Assembly (NCBI GenBank): GCA_964291405.2
Contig: OZ219926.1
Span: forward strand, 4,320,001-4,384,000
Direction: 5' to 3'
Source: Thermodesulfobacteriota bacterium
GTDB lineage: Bacteria > Desulfobacterota > Binatia > Bin18
Length of the DNA stretch: 64,000 nucleotides
Positions 10,175 to 18,161 of the stretch are shown here, piece by piece. Positions within the stretch are counted from its first letter, which is position 1; the number at the start of each line of letters is the position of its first letter. The translations under genes and the position numbers were made by a program. The notes under the pieces were generated by a model. That model saw only the letters and a list, made by a program, of their open reading frames with translations, had not been told where the DNA came from and did not search any database.

Positions 10175-10474
10175 TCAGGCGCGTTTCGCCTGGGGAGTCA
10201 CGCTGAGCCGCAGGCCCAACTGCCCGAGCACGCCGCTCAAGGTGGAGAGCCGGGGATTGCCGTCTGCCGAGAAGGACTGGTACAAGGTCTCGCGGCGTAA
10301 CCCCGCCCCTTGGGCGACCGTGGTAAAACCCTTGGATTTGACAACCTTGCGCAGCGCCACCAGCAAGAGCTTGTCATCTCCTTCTTCCAGAACGGCGTCC
10401 AAGTACGCGGCGATCTCCTCGGGACTGCCGAGGTGGGCGGCGACATCAAATGCTCTCGTCGTTGCCCCTGCCAT
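10175..10474 (-). CDS. Addiction-module antidote (HigA-like HTH antitoxin)
   Basis: FDVAAHLGSPEEIAAYLDAVLEEGD...GLRRETLYQSFSADGNPRLSTL; own AGGAGG before ATG 10474. Confidence 0.88.
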   Translation of the reverse strand: MAGATTRAFDVAAHLGSPEEIAAYLDAVLEEGDDKLLLVALRKVVKSKGFTTVAQGAGLRRETLYQSFSADGNPRLSTLSGVLGQLGLRLSVTPQAKRA

Positions 10475-10794
10475 TATGTCTCCTCCTGAGTCCAGGAGCC
10501 TTGCCAAAGTTCGCGCGCGTTCAATGTCTCGCGTTTGGGTTCGCTTTGTCCCGCCCCACAGCAGGACTACCGTTCGACCACTGATACGGTAATATATCCG
10601 GTAACCTGGACCGGCGTCGATACGATACTCAAATAATGCCGGTACTCCCTTAATGGACTTTGCCCCGCCGAAGTTCCCGTCCGACATCTTGCTGACCGCA
10701 GCGAGGATGCGCGCCTCGCACCCAGATCACGCAGTCCGTTCAGCCACGCTTCGAAGGGAACGCTACCGTCCGCCAGTTCGAGCGCGCGGGTCAA
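10475..10794 (-). pseudogene. RelE/HigB-like killer gene: frameshifted, no clear start, and no stop before higA
   Basis: DGSVPFEAWLNGLRDLGAR, frameshift near 10713, then ILAAVSKMSDGNFG...EYRIDAGPGYRIYY...LLWGGTKRTQTRDIERA, reading in frame into the antitoxin. Confidence 0.8.
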
Positions 10795-10823
10795 TTGGGC
10801 AGAATTGAGGCGGAAGAGGGCAA

Positions 10824-11052
10824 ACCCGCCTCGTGGTTCAAGACCAGTATGGATAGACCTCTATGTTAGATGAACGGTCTGGCTGAGATAGTTCATTGAC
10901 AAATTATCTTTGTTAGTAATAATACACCGTCTGAAAGATATAATTTATAAGTAAGACTATATCTGTCAGACATTGTAAAAGATGACATAAACATTCGTCA
11001 TCAGCGGAGGAACGCGTGGGCCCGAAGCAAGAAACACGGGAGGATAAGGAGG
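10824..11052 (+). promoter_or_regulatory. Promoter/leader block, copy 2
   Basis: Diverged copy of 5554-5781; TTGACA at 10896; AGGAGG before ATG 11060. Confidence 0.75.
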
Positions 11053-11059
11053 CGTCACC

Positions 11060-11395
11060 ATGACAAAAGAGAATGATTCAGGGTGGAACGGCTTCGTGCT
11101 TGAAAAAGACGGAAAAAGCAACTGCCTGCTTAAAAAAGACGAAGAGACATACTGCATCGTGCTCAAAGCAGAAGGGGATGATGAGGTGAAAGAGGGACAC
11201 TTTAGAGCAGACTTCCAGGGCAAATACAGGATCAATGGCAGGACATGTCAACCAGTTAATATCTCAGGGTCTCCCGACGCTCCCGGACCCTGGAGGGGGT
11301 CGTATTGTGGTGGTTTGGAAACACACGTTCGCGGCCACGAAAAGGATGGGTGGGTCATATCTCCGCTGGAAAGTTTTGAATGTCTCTGCACCTAA
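11060..11395 (+). CDS. Hypothetical protein
   Basis: Strong SD; 111-aa ORF with no recognised motif. Confidence 0.6.
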   Translation: MTKENDSGWNGFVLEKDGKSNCLLKKDEETYCIVLKAEGDDEVKEGHFRADFQGKYRINGRTCQPVNISGSPDAPGPWRGSYCGGLETHVRGHEKDGWVISPLESFECLCT

Positions 11396-11458
11396 CGATT
11401 GAAGGTGATGTCCGTGTCCGAGTCTCTGCCGGGACCGCGTTCGCATAGGAGGTAGGCC

Positions 11459-11893
11459 ATGGAGGGAGTTGAGATATTAGGCGCACTGCTCGTGTGGGTG
11501 CTCTGTGGGATTGCCGGGGCTATGATTGCCTCGCAGAAAGGCCGAAGTGCTGGAGGCTGGGCCGTGCTGTGTTTTCTGCTTGGGCCGCTCGGTGTCATCC
11601 TCGCGTTGGTCGCCAGTCGAGATGAGGCAGGACTGGAAGCGCAGGCGCTAGAGAGTGGGGACAGTCGGAAGTGTCCGCAGTGTGCCGAGATCATTAAATC
11701 GGAGGCCACGAAATGCCGCTATTGTGGGAGCGAACTGGAACCCCTACCAGAACCACAGGAGGGAGGCCCCTGTTTCGTGTGTGGTTTTATAATACGGGAC
11801 CATAAGGTGCCCATCTGCCCCAACTGTGGGCGGAAAGACCCGCTGGCAGGACCTGCTGGGAGCAGAGAAGGCGTGTCATGGAAGGATGGGTAA
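11459..11893 (+). CDS. Membrane protein with C-terminal Zn-ribbons
   Basis: Two TM segments (IASQKGRSAGGWAVLCFLLGPLG); CPQC...CRYC...CFVC...CPNC. Confidence 0.8.
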   Translation: MEGVEILGALLVWVLCGIAGAMIASQKGRSAGGWAVLCFLLGPLGVILALVASRDEAGLEAQALESGDSRKCPQCAEIIKSEATKCRYCGSELEPLPEPQEGGPCFVCGFIIRDHKVPICPNCGRKDPLAGPAGSREGVSWKDG

Positions 11894-11965
11894 TGATGAA
11901 GTCCATGGTCCTGTTGACAGTGTTTCTGGATATCCGCCAACTCTTGCGGGAGCTCAAAGGGAATG

Positions 11966-12104
11966 GGGCACTGTCCTAATTTGACACTGCACTGCCTGAT
12001 TTCGCGGGCTACCACCTATTTGAAGGGGAACGCGCTGAGCACCATCTCTGTGTCGTGTGCTCAACGACCCGACAACTCTGTCGGGACCCTCGCAGTGGAA
12101 GGAG
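11966..12104 (+). repeat. About 140-bp leader repeat L, copy 1 (starts GGGCACTGTCCTAATTTG, ends GTGGAAGGAG)
   Basis: Aligns with 12794-12932; supplies the stop of a short ORF starting at 11893. Confidence 0.9.
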
Positions 12105-12112
12105 GAGATGCG

Positions 12113-12340
12113 ATGTCTTGGATTACCGGTGTTTTGGATGAACTCAGTGATGCTCTTCGTTCGTCGATAAGTCGGCGACTTAACGCATACTTCTATGAGG
12201 ATGAGGATAAACACGAATATGGTCCAGAGGATGGGGGTGATCCAAGCCCAGACCCATGGCCCCCTGACCCCGACTTCAGGGGTCCTGATATCCCCCTGCA
12301 CTTTAATGCTCCTCCTGGCGAGTATGATGAGGAGGAGTAG
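12113..12340 (+). CDS. Small acidic/Pro-rich hypothetical protein
   Basis: ATG 12113 after GGAGGAG; MSWITGVLDEL...PDPWPPDPD. Confidence 0.6.
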   Translation: MSWITGVLDELSDALRSSISRRLNAYFYEDEDKHEYGPEDGGDPSPDPWPPDPDFRGPDIPLHFNAPPGEYDEEE

Positions 12341-12343
12341 CGT

Positions 12344-12781
12344 ATGGCATTATTTGAAGAAGAGGAAATGACTTGGCGTGAATTTGAAAAGCTCTGCGAG
12401 CAACTCGTAACAGATACTTTCCACGGCGACACCTGGAAAGTGAAAATACAGCCAGTGCGGACTTATGCCGATGGCCAGACGAAAAGAATGGACATCGAAA
12501 TTTCCGAGAGGAGGCAGGGAGGAAGACATTACGTAGTTGATTGTAAACATTTCCCGAAAGCCGCGCTAAACGAGGAAGAAATTAGGACGACACTCGACTA
12601 CAAAAGAAGGTCCCGTGCATCCAGAGCTTTTATCCTTGTCAGTAGTGCTTCCAATTGTCCGCAATCATTTTTAGATTCTGCCAGACGCCAAGATGTGAGC
12701 GTTGAGATAGTGAGTACAAAAAAGTACCCAGGACTGCTCAAATGGATGAGAAACGGTTTCTTTGATCTCGATTTGTCATGA
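12344..12781 (+). CDS. Stand-alone Mrr-like PD-(D/E)xK restriction endonuclease domain
   Basis: WREFEKLCEQL...MDI...VVDCKH...ASRAFILVSS pattern. Confidence 0.75.
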   Translation: MALFEEEEMTWREFEKLCEQLVTDTFHGDTWKVKIQPVRTYADGQTKRMDIEISERRQGGRHYVVDCKHFPKAALNEEEIRTTLDYKRRSRASRAFILVSSASNCPQSFLDSARRQDVSVEIVSTKKYPGLLKWMRNGFFDLDLS

Positions 12782-12793
12782 AGGAGACCACAC

Positions 12794-12932
12794 GGGCACT
12801 GTCCTAATTTGACGCTGCACTGCCTGATTTCGTGGGCTACTACCTTATTTGAAGGGGAACGAGCTGAGCACCATCTCTGTGTCGTGTACTCAACGGCCGA
12901 TAACTCTGCCGGGACTACTGTAGTGGAAGGAG
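12794..12932 (+). repeat. Leader repeat L, copy 2
   Basis: Aligns with 11966-12104; its SD serves ATG 12939. Confidence 0.9.
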
Positions 12933-12938
12933 AATGTC

Positions 12939-13238
12939 ATGGAGCAGAAGGGCATTATCGATGCGAGTTGTATTGATACAAGGGAGATGGAAAAGCGAAA
13001 TCGCGGACCAATTCGGGAGGTATGGGAAACAAAAATCGTCCCAATGAGAGCCCTTGCCTTCGACTCTGGCGCGGATTGGACATCGCGAGCGATTGCGATT
13101 GGGGCACTGATTTATCTCATTTCTCCGATTGACGCTGTTCCTGATGTCTTACCAGGAGGGCTGTTGGACGACCTCGCCGTCATCCTTGCCGCTGCCGCGC
13201 AGATTGTTGACGTGCTGCGGAAGTATGTCAATGACTGA
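12939..13238 (+). CDS. YkvA/DUF1232-family membrane protein
   Basis: AIGALIYLISPIDAVPDVLPGGLLDDLAVI signature. Confidence 0.88.
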   Translation: MEQKGIIDASCIDTREMEKRNRGPIREVWETKIVPMRALAFDSGADWTSRAIAIGALIYLISPIDAVPDVLPGGLLDDLAVILAAAAQIVDVLRKYVND

Positions 13239-13640
13239 CCGGCTCGTCCTTCGCTCTACGGTGTTGTGACTAGAGCCTACACCGCAGAAGAAGCTGGACA
13301 GTGGATTGCCGGGTAGTGTCTCACTTTGAAATTTGTCCCCCTCGCCGTCGGCTGCGTCGCCCCCTTTCCCCTCCCGGTTTCGCCTGCTGAGCTTCTGCGG
13401 GGCTCGTATCTTTTTTTTGTTCCCCCCCATTTGGGGGGGGATAAGGGCCGCAGCAGTGTGTTAGGAGTCCTTATTGATGGAGGCGACACCGGACAAACAG
13501 CGCGAGTTTTTTACTGCTGCACGGGCCAGTCGGGGGAGTATGCAATCGCTGATCTGGGTGTTCCTGTTCATCCTGGCCTTTGTCGTCCTAGTGATGCTCC
13601 GCTGAGTCTGTTTCGTTTGCGTGTAATTCGAGGCAGGAAG

Positions 13641-13705
13641 GGCGGATAAACGCGTAGGCCCGAAGCAAGAAACACGGGAGGATAAGGAGGAGGCAGAATG
13701 AAGGA
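13641..13705 (+). promoter_or_regulatory. Partial copy 3 of the promoter/leader block
   Basis: CGCGTAGGCCCGAAGCAAGAAACACGGGAGGATAAGGAGG matches 11013-11052 and 5743-5796. Confidence 0.75.
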
Positions 13706-13824
13706 GTTTGTATGAGAAGAGTTACGTGGCGAATAGGTGGGGGCTCACAATGCGTTCATGCCGTGATGTTGACACAGCCCGGCAACTCTCATGTGCCGTA
13801 TTGTGGTTTGGAAGGGGGGAGAGT

Positions 13825-14799
13825 ATGCCTGGAGACCACACGAACGAATGGACAAAAACGATTTACACCTGTCGGTATCATTGGAAATGGATACTGTTTT
13901 GGGCCATGTTCATTCTCTTTGGGTTTCTCTCTCTTCGTGTATGGGCTGACACGTTGGAAATTCCCGGCCACGGCAGCATTCAATCTGGCATTGGCGTGAT
14001 TTCGGGCTGGAAGTGCCGAGCCAATGGACGCATTACCGTCCGTTTTGATGGGGGCCGGTCCATTCCGCTGGTCTATGGCAGTGAGCGAACTGATACCCGT
14101 GGGGTATGCGAGGATGCAAACAATGGGTTTGTGGCTATTTGGAATTGGGGGGCACTGGATGACGGAACATATACGGTCGTGGCCTACGATAATGACCGAG
14201 AGTTCGACCGTGCCACCTTTACCGTGGTGACGACTGGCGTGGAATTTCTCAGAGATGTGACGGGTTCCGGCACGGCGACCCTCAGCAACGGACAACAAGC
14301 CACCTTAGAGTGGTCACAGGCGACACAAAGTTTCGTGGCAACGGATTTCACCGACCCCCGAGGGACACCCGTCACGCCAGAACCAGTAGAGACGCCTGAA
14401 GCACGCCAGTTACGTGGACTCATTGGCACCTGGGCGTTCACCTTGACAGTCCTGGACCCACCGAATCAGAGTCCCATTCGACGGTCCTATACCGTCAGTA
14501 GGGTTGAACAGACCGATGCCGGTGCTGGTGCTATTGGCCGTGACCCAGCGGATCAATCCACCTTCCTCGTTATTGTCTCGGACCCGCCCGCGGTCTTAGA
14601 GGGGCAAAGTTATCCGTTTTTTCTGGTTGATGTGGATCGCCTGCAAAGTGGGTATATTTGTAGCAGCTATTTTCTCCGGCAGTCCGGCAATCGTCTGACT
14701 GGGTATTTCGGTCTTGCAGAAGGCCGAGGTCCCGATTTGAGTCAATGTGATGCGGATACGCTTTTTGCTGTTGGGACAGTGACAGCAACACGGAGATAA
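13825..14799 (+). CDS. Secreted protein: shared N-domain plus a GTW-type beta-barrel-like C-domain
   Basis: TM/signal segment, then LEIPGHGSIQSGIGVISGWKC; C-domain resembles the C-terminus of 15791-17581. Confidence 0.8.
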   Translation: MPGDHTNEWTKTIYTCRYHWKWILFWAMFILFGFLSLRVWADTLEIPGHGSIQSGIGVISGWKCRANGRITVRFDGGRSIPLVYGSERTDTRGVCEDANNGFVAIWNWGALDDGTYTVVAYDNDREFDRATFTVVTTGVEFLRDVTGSGTATLSNGQQATLEWSQATQSFVATDFTDPRGTPVTPEPVETPEARQLRGLIGTWAFTLTVLDPPNQSPIRRSYTVSRVEQTDAGAGAIGRDPADQSTFLVIVSDPPAVLEGQSYPFFLVDVDRLQSGYICSSYFLRQSGNRLTGYFGLAEGRGPDLSQCDADTLFAVGTVTATRR

Positions 14800-15207
14800 C
14801 GACAGGTAGCCCCCACGCTTGACATGCTGAGAGGCCCTATAGTAACGAAGCTTTCTCCTCTATAGGGTCAGCACTCAAGAATCGCTTTGTTCATAACCTG
14901 ACAGGAACAAAAGGCTGAGACCCACCTCTGGCAAAGGATATCGCCAAACTCCTTGACAGGTTGGGAGACATGCTCACCAAAGATCCATTTATCAGGCAGA
15001 TGGCGAATGAACGATTGAAGGCTACTATTCCCTCTTTCGTAGATCGCTACCAGGGCAGCTGGCGCTAACGCCTGGGCTACTTGTCAGCGTAACACTCCGT
15101 GCAGGCATGCCGGATCAGGACCAAGGAGAGACGCGCGGCAAGCGAGCCCGGCAGGATGCCCCCGAGCATGAGCGACCTCCATATCTCACCAAGAGAGGAG
15201 TGCAGGA

Positions 15208-15801
15208 ATGACAAAGACTGCCATGATAATTGGATACGTGTGTATCGTGGTGTGCTCCGCCACCCCTGTCGGGGCGACCACGGTGCTGGAGAAGGATTTC
15301 CCAGCCCTAGTGCAGGAAGCCGAGACGATAGCAGTCGGCACCGTCATCAGTATCGAAGTGGTCCAGGAGGGCGAGACCCCCTTCACCCTGATCACATTCT
15401 CCGATCTCGACATTCTCAAAGGCGACTCAGATCAAGAAGCACTCACCGTTTCTGTGATGGGCGGTCCGAGTGCAGGCGGACTCAGGCTCCATATCGCCGG
15501 TGTCCCGGAGTTCACCCTGGGCGACCGTATGGTCGTGTTTATCGTGGGGAACGAGACCCAAGCGGTGCCGTTTGTGGGAATGTGGCAAGGCGTGTATCGC
15601 GTGGTGCAGGACCCCGAGCAGGGCACCGAGCGCATGGCCGACCATGCAGGCCGACCACTGACGGCGTTACCTCAACGCCAGTCTGCTGACGGACTTGTCC
15701 ATGATGACGCCCCCTCTACTGTGCAAACACTCCAGGCTCCCGCACTCTCGCTGGATATCTTCCTTGAGGCGATTGCGGAGAAGGTGCAGGATGAACAGTA
15801 A
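15208..15801 (+). CDS. Secreted protein overlapping the metalloprotease gene, probable partner
   Basis: Signal peptide, then TTVLEKDFPALVQEAETIAVGTV...GVPEFTLGDRMVVF...VGMWQGVYRV. Confidence 0.7.
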   Translation: MTKTAMIIGYVCIVVCSATPVGATTVLEKDFPALVQEAETIAVGTVISIEVVQEGETPFTLITFSDLDILKGDSDQEALTVSVMGGPSAGGLRLHIAGVPEFTLGDRMVVFIVGNETQAVPFVGMWQGVYRVVQDPEQGTERMADHAGRPLTALPQRQSADGLVHDDAPSTVQTLQAPALSLDIFLEAIAEKVQDEQ

Positions 15802-17581
15802 ACAACGGAGTATGTGGGCACTCGCGGGCCTCCTAGTGCTAGTCTCCATCAGCCTCAGTTTTGCCTATGTCCGCACCACAACCCCGCAGGGCAACGCCAT
15901 CTTCTGGCCCAAGCCGCAGGCCACGCTCGTCGGGAACCTCGGCTGTCCCCAGGTCCAGCTGGCGGCGTGGGGACGGTGTTGGGATGATGTCGCCCGCCAT
16001 GCCGCGTCGGCCTGGAATGGGGCGGGATCACGGTTTCGCTTTCAGACGGTGCGGTCCACCGCGCGGGAGCAACTGTCCTGTACCACCAACCAGATTGATT
16101 TCCGTAACGTGGTGGTGTGGTCTCCCTCGCATTGTGGCAGGGCGTGGGGAGACACTGTCGCGATCACGCAAACGTGGTTCCTTGAGTCGGGTGAGATAGC
16201 GGATACGGATGTGCTGGTGAATGAGCAGCTGCTCTGGAATGCGTATCAAGGCCCTGCACGCTTCAACGGCGGTCGCATAGTCTATGATCTGTACCGCGTG
16301 CTGCTGCACGAGTTCGGCCATGTGCTGGGGCTCGCTCACCCGGATGAACACGGCCAGAACGTGCGCGCCATCATGCACAGTAGCAATATGAACGGGACGA
16401 TTGAGCGCTTGCAGCCCGACGATATTGCGGGCATCAAAGCAATCTATGGTGTCGCGGGTGCTGGTCCCGACCCCGATTACTGTGTGAACAATTACTGTGG
16501 GATTGGAGATGGGGATTGCGATCCAGGACAATGTGATGAAGGCGTGTGCGTGAATGATGTCGGTGCACGCTACGGTTTACCCGCCCATTATGATGTCTGT
16601 GAAGCAAGGGGGAGTGGTCAGCCTGATCCCGACTACTGTGTCTATAACGATTGTGGGGCAGGCGAGGGAGACTGCGACCCTGGCCAGTGTGGGGCTGGTC
16701 TCGTCTGTGTCAATGATGTCGGTGCCCGGTATGGGTTGCCCGCGCATTACGATGTCTGTGAAACGCGGAGTGCAGGTCGTCCTGATCCTGACTATTGCGT
16801 GTACAACTACTGTGGGATTGGGGATGGGGATTGCGATCCGGGACAGTGTGACGAAGGGACGTGTGTGAACGATGTCGGGGCAGAATACGGATTGCCCGCG
16901 TACTACGATGTCTGTGAAACGCGGAGTGCAGGTCGTCCTGATCCTGACTATTGCGTGTACAACTACTGTGGGATTGGGGATGGGGATTGCGATCCGGGGC
17001 AATGCGATGAGGGTGTCTGTGTCAATGATGTGGGGGCACAGTATGGCTTGCCAGCCCACTACGATGTGTGTGAAGCACATGACACCACACCACCGGTTAC
17101 CAGTGGTGTCCGCCAATTCGTGGGGACCTGGCGCTTCACCAACAGCCGCACGACGCAAACCTACCGCTTCGGAGAGTGTCCGGCAAATACCGTGCTGAAA
17201 CCATGCGTAGCGGATGTGCCACAAAGAACGTATTTGTGGCCGACGTACCTTTTTGAAGGATTAGGTTCCCTTGGGCATAGCTATTATCTCGCGGACGTTG
17301 AACGTAGCGTGTGCCGGATATGGCTTTTCTATGAACCAGACGGCAATCGTGTGAGCGGTCATTATGGAGAGGCGTATGGGAATTGTCTTTCAAGCTCAGC
17401 CCTTTCCTCGATTACTGAAGATTTAACGTATCAGCGCTATCCCACCACCGGCACCCGTAGCAGTCAATCTGCTACGGGTCTGACGACCACACCAGAAACC
17501 CTTCAACCCCCCGTCACACCAGAAGTACAAGAGGCGCTTGAACAGGCTATTGAGGATTCGCTGTTCTTGCTGATGAAATAG
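15791..17581 (+). CDS. Secreted matrixin-like (metzincin) metalloprotease with four Cys-rich repeats
   Basis: HEFGHVLGLAH zinc motif, AIM Met-turn, LQPDDIAGIKAIYG; signal peptide from ATG 15791. Confidence 0.88.
   Translation: MNSKQRSMWALAGLLVLVSISLSFAYVRTTTPQGNAIFWPKPQATLVGNLGCPQVQLAAWGRCWDDVARHAASAWNGAGSRFRFQTVRSTAREQLSCTTNQIDFRNVVVWSPSHCGRAWGDTVAITQTWFLESGEIADTDVLVNEQLLWNAYQGPARFNGGRIVYDLYRVLLHEFGHVLGLAHPDEHGQNVRAIMHSSNMNGTIERLQPDDIAGIKAIYGVAGAGPDPDYCVNNYCGIGDGDCDPGQCDEGVCVNDVGARYGLPAHYDVCEARGSGQPDPDYCVYNDCGAGEGDCDPGQCGAGLVCVNDVGARYGLPAHYDVCETRSAGRPDPDYCVYNYCGIGDGDCDPGQCDEGTCVNDVGAEYGLPAYYDVCETRSAGRPDPDYCVYNYCGIGDGDCDPGQCDEGVCVNDVGAQYGLPAHYDVCEAHDTTPPVTSGVRQFVGTWRFTNSRTTQTYRFGECPANTVLKPCVADVPQRTYLWPTYLFEGLGSLGHSYYLADVERSVCRIWLFYEPDGNRVSGHYGEAYGNCLSSSALSSITEDLTYQRYPTTGTRSSQSATGLTTTPETLQPPVTPEVQEALEQAIEDSLFLLMK
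16466..17074 (+). repeat. Four tandem coding repeats of about 51 aa, PDPDYCVxNxCGxGxGDCDPGQC...CVNDVGAxYGLPAxYDVCE
   Basis: Direct reading of protein and DNA; six Cys per unit. Confidence 0.95.
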
Positions 17582-17599
17582 AGAAGAAGGAGGAAAAGG

Positions 17600-17935
17600 A
17601 TGAAGCAACGAATATGGATAACATTTGCGGCGCTTGCGTTTGGGCTGTGTGCGTGTACCCACCAGAAGGTGCGCATATCACAGACTACGGACACACAACT
17701 TTCGTGTGCGGCGTTACGGAATGAACTGGCTCGGGTGGAGCAGGCCCGTGCGGAGATCGACTCTAAGACCGGGTTCTCTGGCCGGAATGTGGGCATGGCC
17801 CTGGTGTTTTGGCCGGGCATTATCGTGAATGAATCACAGGCAGCCAGCGCTGAGGCCGCCGCTGTGGCCCGGTTGGATCGGCTCAATCAATTGTATTATG
17901 AGCGGGGCTGCTTGGAGAAAGAGCGGCGGCATTGA
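17600..17935 (+). CDS. Lipoprotein
   Basis: Lipobox LCAC after a hydrophobic stretch; LSCAALRNEL motif. Confidence 0.78.
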   Translation: MKQRIWITFAALAFGLCACTHQKVRISQTTDTQLSCAALRNELARVEQARAEIDSKTGFSGRNVGMALVFWPGIIVNESQAASAEAAAVARLDRLNQLYYERGCLEKERRH

Positions 17936-18060
17936 GGGCGGATTCCTGGGGATACCCAACAGCAAGGAGGAGTCAGTCAAGTACATTATTATCCTTTTTT
18001 GGCGTGTGTACACGCAGAAAATTGGCTTTCAACATGAAGTTTCCCCCTTCGGGTCCGGGC

Positions 18061-18159
18061 CCTTCAGGGAAAGAGCGACGAGAAATTTTACGCCTGGTCC
18101 TCCAGCATAGAGATGAGCTTTATGCTGAATGGGAAGCCAAAGTAGATAGAGGGAACTGA
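18061..18159 (+). pseudogene. C-terminal remnant of a DUF4160-like protein
   Basis: REILRLVLQHRDELYAEWEAKV resembles the DUF4160 C-terminus; directly upstream of a DUF2442 gene. Confidence 0.45.
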
Positions 18160-18161
18160 AA

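Noticed and set aside
11966-12932. L repeats as integron attC sites
   Set aside because: No RYYYAAC...GTTRRRY ends and no integron integrase seen; they precede genes and carry the SD.
14900-15068. Short ORF or gene fragment (MLTKDPFIRQMANERL...)
   Set aside because: About 32 aa with no supportable assignment.
16466-17074. Regularly spaced repeats as a possible CRISPR array
   Set aside because: They are in-frame coding repeats of about 153 bp with no unique spacers and no cas genes.
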